Origin: Candidatus Dadabacteria bacterium
GTDB lineage: Bacteria > Desulfobacterota_D > UBA1144 > Nemesobacterales > CSP1-2
Assembly (NCBI GenBank): GCA_963805855.1
Contig: CAWDVW010000002.1
Span: forward strand, 1-64,000
Direction of reading: 5' to 3'
DNA length: 64,000 bases
Position 1 is the stretch's first letter. Each line of letters begins with the position of its first letter. The position numbers were made by a program, and so were the translations under genes. Positions 46,063 to 57,864 of this stretch are shown here, piece after piece. Under the pieces are notes generated by a model that worked only from the letters and a program-made list of their open reading frames with translations, was not told the origin of the DNA and did not search any database.

Positions 46063-47097
46063 TTATGCTGATATTCTAGTCATTATGTCCAGGGCTAATT
46101 TTTCTTTAAAATAACTTATTGTCTTTAATAAACCTTCCTCAATACTAACCCTGGGCTCCCAACCAAGGAGTGTTTTTGCTTTAGAAATATCTGGTCTTCG
46201 AACTTTCGGATCATCAACTGGTAATGGTTTAAATTCAATTTTGCTTCTGCTTCCGGTTAATTTAAGAACCATTTTGGCAATGTCTCGAACTGATAATTCA
46301 TGGGGATTCCCAAGATTTATAGGGTAATGAATCAATTCTTTCTGATTATCCAATTTGCTTAATTTAGTAGAATTTGGTTCAGCAAATAGAAGCGAAATGA
46401 TTCCATTTACCATATCTGAAACATAACAGAAGCTTCTGGTTTGATTACCGTCTCCATAAACTGTTAGAGGTTCGCCCTTCAATGCCTGTACTATAAAATT
46501 AGAAATGACTCTGCCATCATTTGGTCTCATCAGTGGTCCGTAGGTATTAAATATCCTCGCAATTCCTGTATCTAAATTATGATTTCTATAATAAGCCATC
46601 GTAATGGCCTCAGCAAAACGCTTTGCTTCGTCGTAGACTCCTCTTGGTCCCACGGGGTTTACGTTACCCCAGTAGTCTTCCGATTGGGGATTTAACAGTG
46701 GGTCGCCATACACTTCAGAAGTGCTCGCGAGCAGGAATCTTGCACGCTTAGCTTTAGCGAGTCCCAGTGCTTTGTGAGTTCCTAAGGCCCCTACTTTAAG
46801 AGTTTGGATGGGGTATTCGATATAATCTGCCGGACTAGCTGGCGACGCAAAATGGAGAACGGCGTCAACGTTACCCTCAAGATGAAAGAAATGAGTTACA
46901 TCATAGTTAGTAAATTTGAAGTTTATGTTTCCAATTAGGTGTTCTATATTATCAGGATTGCCAGTTATTAGATTATCTAAACAGAGCACCTTATGACCCA
47001 TTTCAATTAGATTTGTACATAGATTGCTACCAAGAAATCCAGCTCCCCCAGTAACAACTATAATCCAGCGCTTTTTAAGATTATAACTGTCTGACAT
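46063..47097 (-). CDS. UDP-glucuronate decarboxylase (UDP-xylose synthase family SDR)
   Basis: [47 protein letters not shown] and RIFNTYGP. Confidence 0.92.
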   Translation of the reverse strand: MSDSYNLKKRWIIVVTGGAGFLGSNLCTNLIEMGHKVLCLDNLITGNPDNIEHLIGNINFKFTNYDVTHFFHLEGNVDAVLHFASPASPADYIEYPIQTLKVGALGTHKALGLAKAKRARFLLASTSEVYGDPLLNPQSEDYWGNVNPVGPRGVYDEAKRFAEAITMAYYRNHNLDTGIARIFNTYGPLMRPNDGRVISNFIVQALKGEPLTVYGDGNQTRSFCYVSDMVNGIISLLFAEPNSTKLSKLDNQKELIHYPINLGNPHELSVRDIAKMVLKLTGSRSKIEFKPLPVDDPKVRRPDISKAKTLLGWEPRVSIEEGLLKTISYFKEKLALDIMTRISA

Positions 47098-48451
47098 TTT
47101 CACTACCTGCTGTAGCTTTTGCCGATTTGCATACATTTTTAAAATTTCCACCCTGAACGCCCACACCGAAATATTCAAATCCAAGCGTTTCCAGTTTTTT
47201 TGGATCATACAGATTCCTTCCATCGAATATAACGAGACTTTTCATCAGGCGTTTTATTCGTTCGAAATCAGGTTGTCTATACTCATTCCACTCAGTATGG
47301 ATGACCAGCGCATCCGCCCCAGAACATGCATCATAATTGGATTTTGCATATGTTACCCTATCCTTTAGATATTGCTTTACCTTACCAATCGCTATCGGGT
47401 CATGCACTGAAACATCAGCGCCAAACGATAAGAGTCTATCTATTATGAACAGGGAAGGGGCTTCTCTTAAATCATCAGTTTTTGGTTTAAAAGATAGTCC
47501 CCATACACCAATCTTCCTACCTTTTAATTTTCCCCCGAAGAAGATATTTATCTTTCTCCAGAATACCTCTCTTTGCATCGTATTGACTTCATCCGTGGCT
47601 CTCGAGACCTTAAGATCATATCCAAATGTTTCAGCAGTCTTGACAAGCGCTCTGACATCCTTTGGGAAACACGAGCCACCATACCCAATCCCAGGGAAAA
47701 GAAATGAATGTCCTATCCTATTATCAGCCCCCAATACTACTCTTACCTCGGATATATCAGCACCAACGAATTCGCAAAGATTTGCAATTTCGTTAATGAA
47801 TGAAATCCTCGTTGCGAGTATTGCGTTTGCGGCATATTTAGACAACTCAGCAGACCTTATACTCACATTTATGATGGGGTTGCTGGTACGAACAAAAGGT
47901 GAGTAAAGTTCTTTTAGAATTCCAGCAACTGCTGGGTTATCTGACCCGATTACAACTCTGTCTGGTTTCATAAAATCATCGACAGCGGATCCTTCTTTAA
48001 GAAACTCAGGATTTGACGCAACATCAAACGAAATATCAGTGGTTTCTCTTACAGCTTCGGCAACCCTCACCGTGGTTCCCACTGGAACAGTACTCTTTGT
48101 TATGATTATTTTGTAATCATCCAAACTCTTTCCTATCGATCTGGCAACATTCATGACTGAATTAGTATCTGCAGTGCCATCTCCATTCTGCGGGGTGCCA
48201 ACTGCTATAAATACTATAAAAGAATTTTTCACAGCCCGAGGAAGCTCAGTCGTGAAATGGAGTCGACCTTCCTTGAAGTTCTTCGATATAAGGCCATCAA
48301 GTCCGGGTTCGAAAAAAGGCGTTCTACCTTCTTTTAGGGCAACAACTTTTTGTTTGTCATTGTCGACACATATAACGTTATTTCCACTTTCCGCAAAGCA
48401 TGCTCCTGTTACAAGGCCAACATATCCTGTTCCTATGATTGAAATGTTCAT
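47081..48451 (-). CDS. ugd: UDP-glucose 6-dehydrogenase
   Basis: [31 protein letters not shown], catalytic GGSCFPKD and [10 protein letters not shown]. Confidence 0.95.
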   Translation of the reverse strand: MNISIIGTGYVGLVTGACFAESGNNVICVDNDKQKVVALKEGRTPFFEPGLDGLISKNFKEGRLHFTTELPRAVKNSFIVFIAVGTPQNGDGTADTNSVMNVARSIGKSLDDYKIIITKSTVPVGTTVRVAEAVRETTDISFDVASNPEFLKEGSAVDDFMKPDRVVIGSDNPAVAGILKELYSPFVRTSNPIINVSIRSAELSKYAANAILATRISFINEIANLCEFVGADISEVRVVLGADNRIGHSFLFPGIGYGGSCFPKDVRALVKTAETFGYDLKVSRATDEVNTMQREVFWRKINIFFGGKLKGRKIGVWGLSFKPKTDDLREAPSLFIIDRLLSFGADVSVHDPIAIGKVKQYLKDRVTYAKSNYDACSGADALVIHTEWNEYRQPDFERIKRLMKSLVIFDGRNLYDPKKLETLGFEYFGVGVQGGNFKNVCKSAKATAGSENVRQL

Positions 48452-48719
48452 TTATTACGCCTATGTAATTTGTGGATAATGAATTGGGGCCATGAATAGA
48501 ATGGTCCGAAGCTTCCGCAACTCACTTGCAAAGGAGTGATCTCTCGAAATTTTTGATTTCTATAATTCTTAACATCTTAGGAAGGTAATTTCTGTTGGAC
48601 ATCGGTTTAATTCTAATTAGACCTTAAGTATTACCAAGGATAGGTATTAGGACTTGAGTACACAGTGCTTGAATATACTAAAATCCTAATATACATAGTC
48701 GCGGCGATACAACAAAAGA

Positions 48720-49210
48720 AATATTGCTTCGCGGAGCCTGTACTGAGTAAATCGAAGTGTTTACACTGAGTAGAACCGATTAACTCGCAATTGTAAGTCT
48801 TAGATATTTAGTGGACAAAATCCTAAAGATAATAAATTTCCTGGAAATTTGCTCATCCGTCATCCTCGAATGTTCCTTGCCAGAAACATCCGGGGAGAAG
48901 CGTAATCGGGGATCCATTGTTTAATTTTTTATTTTCTTTGTCTTGATACTGAAACGAGTTCAGCACAGGTACAAAGAAGCAATCCTTCGATAGTTCGGCA
49001 GGCTCACTACTCAGGACAAGGCTGTCCAAATCCTCCTTTACGAAAGGAGGAAATTACCTCTTGCGTAACTTCTGAGAATGTACACTGCAATAGGAAATCC
49101 TCCCCTTTTACAAAGGGGAGTTAGAGGGGATTTTCAACGACTACGTTCCTGATTTTCTTAATACAGAATAGATCCTGCCCTATCGTCAGGACATGGTTCA
49201 GCACAGGCTG
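48720..49210. repeat. Intergenic cluster of REP-like hairpins
   Basis: GTCATCCTCG..CGGGGATCC (48859-48915), TCCTCCTTT-ACG-AAAGGAGGA (49031-49051), CTCCCCTT..AAGGGGAG (~49100-49120), two GTTCAGCACAGG copies and CTTCGA..CTCAGGACAAGGCT. Confidence 0.7.
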
Positions 49211-49438
49211 CAATCTTTGGAAGGCCATTAAAGTCATTTTCATTCCAAAAAGGATTAATCAAAATATATTTATCCATTAAATCGTACGAATTTTGTCCCC
49301 GAAATATCTAACGTCTAAAGCAATGACAGTGGGAGCCCTTTCGCGAGCGACCGGGTATTGTCAAGTTAAGACTCATATGTATCTTTTTAACAAAAACCGC
49401 AAATGGAATCTGGCTAAGAACTTAAGTGCCGAGCCACG

Positions 49439-50113
49439 CTAGATACACCCGAGCGCTCTTAATTCTGCTTCACATTGGGAGGGACTCTCAAATCTTATTA
49501 TTTTCATACCGAGCTTAGATGCTGCCTCCAAATTTTCAGGAATATCATCTATAAAGATTGTTGTTTCTATGATGAGATCAAATTTTTCTAGCAAATGTTG
49601 ATATATCTCTAACTCCGGCTTGACCATCTGGATGCGGCTGGATATAACCATACCATCGAAGACATCCCAGATTGGGTATTTCTGCTCGATAAAGTCAATA
49701 GAGTCAATATGCATATTTGACAGCACGAAAACTCGATTACCATTTTTTTTAACAGCGCGGACTAACTCTATAATTTCAGGTTTCGGAATCAACGAATAGG
49801 GTACCAGCTCCATTAGCTTTTTGATTTCAGACTGCGGGAGACCGGTCCGAAAAGCAGCGCGCTCGATAGCTGAATCTCGGTCTAATGTACCCCTGTCAAG
49901 CTCAACCCAATCCGGATGGCAGAAAATTTCGTCCATAACTATTTTTTGAATTTCTCTGTCTTTAAATATCCTCTTTATGATTCGGTCTGGCTTCCAAGTG
50001 AGAAGCACTCCACCGAGATCAAATACAACATTAAAGAATCCCGGTTCATGTCGTATGTAATTATTAACTTGGTCTAACGTTTGATTCATGATAGTAAAAG
50101 ATAAACTTAGCAA
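49439..50113 (-). CDS. HAD-family phosphatase
   Basis: VVFDLGGVL, LSN, KPE and FIDD. Confidence 0.88.
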   Translation of the reverse strand: MLSLSFTIMNQTLDQVNNYIRHEPGFFNVVFDLGGVLLTWKPDRIIKRIFKDREIQKIVMDEIFCHPDWVELDRGTLDRDSAIERAAFRTGLPQSEIKKLMELVPYSLIPKPEIIELVRAVKKNGNRVFVLSNMHIDSIDFIEQKYPIWDVFDGMVISSRIQMVKPELEIYQHLLEKFDLIIETTIFIDDIPENLEAASKLGMKIIRFESPSQCEAELRALGCI

Positions 50114-50157
50114 TCTTTGTTTACATAGAGGCCAGTCCCTTCATCTTACTTCTCTGC

Positions 50158-51365
50158 TCAAACGAATTGAGCAGATCGAGATATTGTTCCAAAAGGCGCG
50201 GAAGCAAAAACCGTTCCCGAACCGTTTCCTTGGCTTTCTGTCCCAGACGCATCTGCAAATCCTTGTCTCTGATCAGACTGTACTATTCTATCCGCCGCCT
50301 CTTCAACGGATGAAACGAGAAAACCGTTCACTCCATCCTGGATCTGAGAAAGGATCCCCCTACCTTTCCTCCTATGACGGGCTTTCCTTTCCACATTGCC
50401 TCTGTAACTGTAAGGCCAAAGCCCTCACCAATGGACTTTTGTAGAATAACATCAGCTCGTCTCTGGAGGGCATTTACCAAAGTAGTATCATCTCCAGAGG
50501 ATAGGATAAGGATACGCTCCTCTCGGCTGCTCGAGGAGGGATTCGAATATCTCTCTCTCCTTCAGGATCGTCCGTAGCAAAATTACCCAGAAGGACAAGT
50601 GTGCAATCCACTTTTCTTCTTGCAAGTTTGAATGCTCTTATAACACCCTCCGGATCTTTCCAAGGGTCAAAGCGAGATACTTGCGCAATAAGTGGAAGGT
50701 CTGTGGGTATATTATAGCGAGCCAGACATTCATCCATTTCGCCCTCACTCAGTTCCCGATTCTTGGGGGAAAAGGGGTCAATAGCCGGCATGAAGAAAAA
50801 CTGTGGTATCCTAAGTCGTTGGGCATATTCTCTGATAGAAAATATCGCCGCATCATAGCTTTCTATATGCGGAATCAGGTAATTCCAGAGTTCCTTGTTC
50901 GGGTTCGAAAGGTCTAGGTGGCATCGCCAAATCCAGGGGCAGAGTTTTCTTGTTGTAATTTATCATGGGAAGGGGTTGTGGGTCATGAACAATGACAAAA
51001 TCGTGGTCCAGATGGTTTTTGACTGAATTCTCATAGACGACTTCCTCGTAAGTCCGCTTGTTGGAATCGCTAAGCTGGATATGTTTGCCCTGCAGGCCAT
51101 TATGTATATTTTTGGTAATACTGAAGAAATCTAGATCTCCACTTATCGCCCTCCATTCCGTAATAATTCCCAGACTATTCATCAATGGAGTACTAGAGGA
51201 TAATAGCTCGGCCACGCCTCCTGCATTAGTTGTAGAATTCACTTTGGCCACTCGAAAATCAAAAAGTCGCCTTGCCTTCTTCATGAGGCGATCGATGGGC
51301 TCCGGCCCAACGAACTGTTCATAATCTTCGACTTCGACACCTCTAGGATGACTAGCCATGGTCAC
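50158..51365 (-). CDS. GT4 glycosyltransferase, trehalose synthase TreT-like, frameshifted
   Basis: [51 protein letters not shown] and [13 protein letters not shown]. Confidence 0.85.
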
Positions 51366-51680
51366 AACCCGGCTCTTGGAGCAGCCCTAATAGCCTTTTT
51401 CCCCTCAATGACTAAATTAATTACCTTTATTTATATCTGTCTATTAAAAACGAAGTTTGACTGCTCGTTCGTTCCTGTAGATTGTTAATTGACTAAGATT
51501 TAAATCGTGAGACCAATCTTCTAGAGAAATTTTGCTAAAACACTCATGGCATAAGTATAGAAGCGGCTCGCATTTTATTTAAAGCTATCAATCTCAATGG
51601 AATTTCTTGACCGATGAAGTTCACACTCGTGAGTTCCTGATGGATTCTAACCAGGAGATAACAACGGTTGCCGGTTCAAT

Positions 51681-52337
51681 TCAGCGGGCATATTCTTGTT
51701 GAAAGTACTGAATTCCATCGTAAGTAGCTAGTTCTACAGATTTTACAGGAGCCAATATAAAACCATCACTAGAAACCATATAGGGTGAATAAAGTTCTTT
51801 TATAATCCTTGCAACCGAAGGGTTATCAAATCCAATCACTATCCAGTCGGGCGTCATAAAATCCTCTATACCCGACCCTTCATTTAAATATTCCGGATTA
51901 TAGGCAACGTCAAACTCTACATCAGTAAATTCTCTTATAATTTCGCGAACCAATTCGGTGGTGCCGAAAGGTACGATACTCTTAATAACAATTATCTTGT
52001 AATCATCGATACTTCTACCTATTGATCTTGAGACATTAATAATCATACTTCGATCCATGCTACTATTACCGTTCATAGCCGTTCCAACTGCTATAAAAAT
52101 TATTAATGAATCTTTCACAGCCTGATGAATGTCAGAGGTGAAAGATAGACGCCCTTCTTTCAGGTTCTTTAATACGAGGCCAACGAGTCCGGGTTCCCGT
52201 AATGGAGACCTATCATCTGGAAATCCCTTGACGTTTTCTCTATCGATATCGACACATATGACATTATTCCCGCTCTCAGCAAAGCATGCGCCTGTAATCA
52301 GCCCGACATAGTTTGTCCCGATTATGGAAATGTTCAT
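51681..52337 (-). CDS. UDP-glucose-dehydrogenase N-terminal-domain-only paralogue 1
   Basis: [32 protein letters not shown]. Ends at 218 aa, before the central and C-terminal domains. Confidence 0.8.
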   Translation of the reverse strand: MNISIIGTNYVGLITGACFAESGNNVICVDIDRENVKGFPDDRSPLREPGLVGLVLKNLKEGRLSFTSDIHQAVKDSLIIFIAVGTAMNGNSSMDRSMIINVSRSIGRSIDDYKIIVIKSIVPFGTTELVREIIREFTDVEFDVAYNPEYLNEGSGIEDFMTPDWIVIGFDNPSVARIIKELYSPYMVSSDGFILAPVKSVELATYDGIQYFQQEYAR

Positions 52338-52540
52338 TTGGGTTCCATTTGGGTTTTATATTCCTAAATGATTCAGCCTCCAACAAGGTTGTTACAATTT
52401 TATGAATAGATTTATTTTCATTAATCTTTTTTAGTATGAAAAGAACTTGAACAGCATTACAAAAATTGCTTAACAAAATCAAAAACTACGAGTTTGCAAA
52501 AATTCGCGGGTTGGGGTTGAATTAAATTTTTTAGTCGCTA

Positions 52541-52680
52541 TGTCATCCTCGAGCGCTCCCCGCCACACGCGTGCGGGGACAGGCTCTGGATTCCCGCCAA
52601 CAGTCCGCGGGAATGACAACAAGGGGACAGCCTTGTCCTGAGCGATGTCGAAGGCCCGCTACTGAACAAGTCGAAGTGCC
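52541..52680. repeat. REP-like palindromes between the two truncated ugd paralogues
   Basis: GTCATCCTCGAG, CCCCGC..GCGGGG, GGATTCCCGC..GCGGGAATGAC and GCCTTGTCCTGAGCGATGTCGAAGG. Confidence 0.7.
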
Positions 52681-52760
52681 CGCGATCACCCATCGGTAGT
52701 TATGCAGAAAGCTAATTGGAGTATTGACAACCTAAATAACTCCAAGAACTTTTCTTTATT

Positions 52761-53459
52761 TTAAAGCTCAGCCTCCAAAGCCAACGCAGACCTACCGTCA
52801 GATTCATTAACAACACCCCTTTTCAAATATTCAATATCCGAGTGTTTCGTTAGTTCGGCTACACGTATAGGAACAGAAATAAATCCGTCACTAGACCTGA
52901 CTAACGGTTCATAAAGATCTTTTATTATTTTCTCAGCGGAAGGGTTATCCGCCCCAATCACCATCATATTTTGATTCATAAAATCTTCTATAGCCGATCC
53001 TTCTTTGAGAAATACGGGGTTAGAGACAACGTCAAACTCAACATCAGTAAAGGCTTTTATGATGTCACGAACCAATTCTGTAGTCCCTAAAGAAAGTGTC
53101 CTCACCGTCACAATTATCTTGTAATCATCCAAACTTTTCCCTATCAATCTCGAAACGTTGAAAATTGGAGTCGTATCCACACTACCATCGCCATCAACCA
53201 ATAGCCCTGTGGTTATAAAAACTACAAAAGAATCTTTAACAGCTTGATAAATATCATTAGTAAAAACCAGACGCCCTTCTTTGAAGTTTTTAATTATCAG
53301 GTCAACGAGACCAGGTTCATGCAATGGTGACCTTTTATCCCTAAGTCCTTTGTACTTTTCATGACCAATATCGACCAATTTTACGTTATTGCCAGTTTCT
53401 GCAAAGCATGTTCCTATAACAATTCCGACAAAGTCTGTGCCAATTATAGATATGTTCAT
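52761..53459 (-). CDS. UDP-glucose-dehydrogenase N-terminal-domain-only paralogue 2
   Basis: [32 protein letters not shown]. Ends at 232 aa. GAGG upstream. Confidence 0.8.
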   Translation of the reverse strand: MNISIIGTDFVGIVIGTCFAETGNNVKLVDIGHEKYKGLRDKRSPLHEPGLVDLIIKNFKEGRLVFTNDIYQAVKDSFVVFITTGLLVDGDGSVDTTPIFNVSRLIGKSLDDYKIIVTVRTLSLGTTELVRDIIKAFTDVEFDVVSNPVFLKEGSAIEDFMNQNMMVIGADNPSAEKIIKDLYEPLVRSSDGFISVPIRVAELTKHSDIEYLKRGVVNESDGRSALALEAEL

Positions 53460-53679
53460 GATAACCTCGCTTAATTCATTAAGGATCTAAACAAAGTAAA
53501 GAAAATTGTTGTTAGCTACAGTATTTACATCACTATGGTTTACTCGAAGTTTCAACCTTTCAATTGATCAAATAACCCTGCAGCAAGTCGCGTGAGACGG
53601 GCACATAATCAGTGATTGCAGTCAATCCCACTGCCTCCTATTCTCAAACGGCATTATATGGAATCTACTAAAAACTTAT

Positions 53680-53743
53680 GGATCCCCGATAAATATCCTC
53701 GGGGATGACAAGGCATGAGATTGCTCGCTGCGCTCGGAATGAC
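53680..53743. repeat. REP-like palindromes downstream of glmS
   Basis: GGATCCCCG..CGGGGATGAC (inverse orientation of the 48859 element) and GAGATTGCTCGC..CTCGGAATGAC. Confidence 0.7.
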
Positions 53744-53772
53744 ACTTCGCATCCGATCGCATCCCCACTGAA

Positions 53773-55611
53773 TTACTCTACGGTTACACTCTTAGCTAGA
53801 TTTCTTGGCTGATCAATGTCGCAACCTCTCTTTTTGGCAATATGATAGGCAAATAATTGTAATGGAATTGTAAATAACAATGGTGAAAGCTCTTCATTTG
53901 TATTAGGAACATAAAATACATTGTCAACCTTATCTTTTATTTCGTTATCACCTTGAGACGAAATAGCAATCACCTTGCCGTCTCTTGCTTTCACTTCCTC
54001 TATATTGCTCAACATTTTTTCATATATTGAGTTGAGAGGAATTAGAGAAATGACTATCATTCTCCTATCCACAAGTGCAATAGGGCCGTGCTTCATTTCT
54101 CCTCCGGCATAACCTTCGGCATGAAGATAGGATATTTCCTTTAATTTCAGAGCACCCTCTAATGCGATTGGATACATAATTCCTCTTCCCAAAAAGAAAA
54201 AACTCTTTTTCTTCCAATATAGATTTGCTAGATGCTGAATTTCTCTTTCCATTGCAAGCACTTGATTAATTTTTTCAGGAATCGCAGCCAATTCATCCAT
54301 CATCTCACGGAATTGAATCATGCTAATAGCACCTTTAATCTTCCCAACATATAGTGCGAATAAATAAAGAGCCACAACCTGCGAGGTGAATGCTTTAGTA
54401 GAAGCTACCCCTATTTCCGGCCCTGCATGGGTATGTATTACGCCGTCTGACTCTCTAGTGGCAGTACTCCCTACGACATTACATATTGATAGCACTTTAA
54501 AACAAACACTTTTGGCTTTTCTCATAGCTTCCAAAGTATCAGCAGTTTCACCGGACTGAGTTATTCCTATTGTTAAGTTATTTCTATCCAAGATGACATC
54601 CCGGTACCTAAATTCTGATGCTAGATCAACCTCTACAGGAATCCTAGCAATTTTTTCAATAATAGATTTGCCGACAAGTGAGGCGTGCCACGAGGTTCCA
54701 CAAGAAACCAAATGAATTTTTGATATATTCTTAATCTCACCGACTGTAAGATTTAACTCATTCCAGTGAATCCTACCATCATCTAGATTTACTTTTCCAG
54801 AATAGGTGTTTCTTGCCGCTTGGGATTGCTCATGAATTTCCTTTAGCATAAAATGGGGGTAACCGCTCTTCTCTGCCAGTTCGGAATCCCAAGGGATTTT
54901 GTATATATTTTCTTCCCTATCGTACCCATTTTCAAGATTGACTATTTTTACGCCATTTACCCTATCTAGAATTACCAATTCATTCTCGTTTACAAAAATA
55001 GCATCCTTCGTACATGTTAGAATCGCCGGCAAATCCGATGCAAGAATATATTCTCCATTTCCCTTGCCGATGACTAATGGACTACCCTTTCGCACTGCTA
55101 TGATTTTATCTGGATCGGTACTACTCATTATTGCGAGTGCGTAGGTTCCCTTTATTTCTCTTAGCGCAGACGTTATAGCTTTCAATAGATTTCCATCTTT
55201 GAGCTTTCTTTCTATAAGATGTGCAATTACTTCCGTGTCAGTCTCCGAAAGTAGGGTATGACCGTCAGCTATTAGGGATTTTTTTAGTAAAGAAAAATTT
55301 TCAATTATTCCATTATGTACGACAGCAATTGTTCCCGTGCAGTCGCGGTGCGGATGCGAATTAATATCACTTGGTTTTCCATGAGTAGCCCAACGTGTGT
55401 GACCTATTCCCACATGACTATCGTAGAAGGAGTTTTCAAGCATGGATTCAAGGTTTTTCAACTTACCAAGTCTCTTCCGCAAAATAACGTTGCCATTTTC
55501 AATAAATGCAATGCCTGCTGAATCGTAACCACGGTACTCAAGCCTTCTAAGTCCCTCTAATAATAAGGGCACCGCATGCCTTTTCCCGATATATCCGACT
55601 ATTCCGCACAT
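53773..55611 (-). CDS. glmS: Glutamine--fructose-6-phosphate aminotransferase
   Basis: MCGIVG, LEYRGYDSAG, GHTRWATHG, SQ/TQSGETAD, EMKHGP and PRNLAKSVTVE. Confidence 0.97.
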   Translation of the reverse strand: MCGIVGYIGKRHAVPLLLEGLRRLEYRGYDSAGIAFIENGNVILRKRLGKLKNLESMLENSFYDSHVGIGHTRWATHGKPSDINSHPHRDCTGTIAVVHNGIIENFSLLKKSLIADGHTLLSETDTEVIAHLIERKLKDGNLLKAITSALREIKGTYALAIMSSTDPDKIIAVRKGSPLVIGKGNGEYILASDLPAILTCTKDAIFVNENELVILDRVNGVKIVNLENGYDREENIYKIPWDSELAEKSGYPHFMLKEIHEQSQAARNTYSGKVNLDDGRIHWNELNLTVGEIKNISKIHLVSCGTSWHASLVGKSIIEKIARIPVEVDLASEFRYRDVILDRNNLTIGITQSGETADTLEAMRKAKSVCFKVLSICNVVGSTATRESDGVIHTHAGPEIGVASTKAFTSQVVALYLFALYVGKIKGAISMIQFREMMDELAAIPEKINQVLAMEREIQHLANLYWKKKSFFFLGRGIMYPIALEGALKLKEISYLHAEGYAGGEMKHGPIALVDRRMIVISLIPLNSIYEKMLSNIEEVKARDGKVIAISSQGDNEIKDKVDNVFYVPNTNEELSPLLFTIPLQLFAYHIAKKRGCDIDQPRNLAKSVTVE

Positions 55612-55666
55612 AATAAATTATCTTTTAACAATATTTTATGAATCAAACAAGATACGCTGAAGAAAC

Positions 55667-56143
55667 CTAATGACGACTCGACAAAGTATTAATGTAGAAG
55701 TCAGACCATCTAAGAATAACTCTTGACATAAATTTTCTTTCGATCCAAACTTCGGATCTCGTTAAAGCCCGAACTGATTTTGCTAATTCTGTGGAGGATG
55801 CATTTTTATTGATATATCCTAAGCAGCCTGCAAAGATGGCCCCCATGATTCTTTCCGGATCATATTTACTTGTTAGTAATAGTACTTTCAGACGAGGAGA
55901 TTTTTCCTTTATAAACTGCATGATTTTTAATATATCTAAGCTGGTCATATCGGCATCAAGAATAAGAATATCCCCTGAAATCGGACCATTTAGGATTTCT
56001 TCAATATCATTGGTCGATGATGCTTGCGCTATTATTTCCAATTCTTTTTCAGAAGTTAAAATCTTTATTATTGCTTCACGCTCTAACGCATACTCACTGG
56101 CTACGATAATTTTGGAGTAGTTTGATAACACACCGATTGGCAT
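55667..56143 (-). CDS. Atypical NarL-type receiver domain protein lacking the HTH
   Basis: IIVASEY..ILILDADM..VLLLT..GCLGYINK..VWIERK, ending before any LuxR HTH. Confidence 0.8.
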   Translation of the reverse strand: MPIGVLSNYSKIIVASEYALEREAIIKILTSEKELEIIAQASSTNDIEEILNGPISGDILILDADMTSLDILKIMQFIKEKSPRLKVLLLTSKYDPERIMGAIFAGCLGYINKNASSTELAKSVRALTRSEVWIERKFMSRVILRWSDFYINTLSSRH

Positions 56144-56469
56144 GGGGCATTAATAGATATTTCTCGATATGTAATTTGAATCTATTAATTAGGGTTTATG
56201 ATGATTCACTAATATTAGTGGAAAGAAATTTTTGACATATCTAAAAGAACTTGTTTTTACCTTCACTGATTATATCAAAATATATGAATCCCCAATGGGA
56301 TATTGAGGTTAAAGAAGTTCAAACCTTAATAATATAAACATGATAAAAAATCATAATTATCCAAATGGTTTCTATATTGTACTTGAGGGGATCCACTATC
56401 AAGTTCGAAATAATTCAATCCAGAGCAAACTTGCACTATATTATTGTTATACGAAATTATTCCTTTCAG

Positions 56470-57189
56470 CTAATTTACTGCAATACCCTTTCGATAGCCA
56501 TAAAGTATTAGCTCGGATCTGCTCTTAACAGATAGCTTCCTAAAAATTTTATACAGGTGAAACTTTACTGTCTTTTCACTTAAAAATACGTCTCTAGCGA
56601 TTTGCTTGTTGGATTGACCTCTTAAAACCAATTTTAGAATTTTCAGTTCGGTTTTACTGAGGTCATATACAGAGCTGTGTCTTTTCTTACTTATTCTTTT
56701 ACAGTTAGATAGGTGGGCTTCTAGAGCATTACACATTATCTTCCTTTCTACCCAAAGTTGTCCATCTTTTACAGCATGAACTGCCGTCTTAAGCTGATTT
56801 GAATTAGACTCCTTCGACAGATAACCTCTTACACCTGATAAAATCGTATCTGCAAGGTCATCTTCATCGAATTTGTCATCAATAATTAATAATACTTTAC
56901 TGCCATTTTTGTTCCTAAACGACTCCAGGATCCTTGAAAGGTTTAGACCTTGTAGCATTACATCAAGCAGCAAGATGTCAAAGCGGAACTCCTCGCAGGA
57001 TTGAATCAGTTCCAATAAATTAGACACTTCGGCAACTATTTGTATGCCTTCATCCTCATGTAGCATCTTAGATATTCCTTCTCTTAATAACGTATTTTCA
57101 CACGCTACTACTACCCTAGCTAAATCAGGCATTTCATTCCCCCTTATTTTCGAGATAAAGTTATGAGCTGGATTAGAGGGTTGTCGCAA
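56470..57189 (-). CDS. LuxR/NarL-family regulator with atypical receiver (CsgD/VpsT-like)
   Basis: VVACEN..LLLDV..LWVERK..LSKTELKIL..SNKQIA..SEKTVKFHLYKIFRKL. Confidence 0.88.
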   Translation of the reverse strand: MRQPSNPAHNFISKIRGNEMPDLARVVVACENTLLREGISKMLHEDEGIQIVAEVSNLLELIQSCEEFRFDILLLDVMLQGLNLSRILESFRNKNGSKVLLIIDDKFDEDDLADTILSGVRGYLSKESNSNQLKTAVHAVKDGQLWVERKIMCNALEAHLSNCKRISKKRHSSVYDLSKTELKILKLVLRGQSNKQIARDVFLSEKTVKFHLYKIFRKLSVKSRSELILYGYRKGIAVN

Positions 57190-57864
57190 TTTAGATTGAT
57201 GATTGAATTGATCGGAGCAAAAAGAGTGTTTTAAGAACTACCAGACATTAGAAACAATTTAGCGAATCAAAGCTACCGCAATCCACTTACATATGTGATT
57301 TCCATTCGAATTTATGATGTTTTCGTATTTACCCCAATGATGTTTTACTATTTATCCCATTTTACGAGTCTGACATCAATTGGACGACAGTTTAATTATT
57401 AAGTGATCATTGGTATTAGTATTAAGGTGAGTCAAGACTTAAGTTAGCAGGCACTCATTAATCTTATAGTTTTTCTTTTAGTTTTTCTTTGCCTAATAAT
57501 TTCGATAAACGGAAAAATTGAACAGTTAATAGCGCAAATGCATTCTCAAATTTATAGCAGGATTTATATAAGGATGGAGTTAAGTTGGGTAGACATTTCG
57601 GTAGAGCTAGATATTAGTTTAGATGAAGAGTTTATGTTGGATTAGCAGATTCGATCTATGAGTAAAATAAAGTTTTAGATCAAAAAAATGATTTTGGAGA
57701 TCTAGATTCTTTACCGGTAGATTAGAAGAATTTCTTAGTTTTCAAAAAAACAAATTAGGCCAACTTAGGGATGTCCACCAATCACATAAATTGTTTCAAT
57801 TTTTTAGTAATCGAAATTTACTAGATCACGAAGGACGACTAGAAATGAGGAGATTTTCCGGATT

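Noticed and set aside
55611-55670. glmS ribozyme upstream of glmS
   Set aside because: Only about 55 bp separate glmS from the upstream gene, too short for the ribozyme, and no conserved core was seen.
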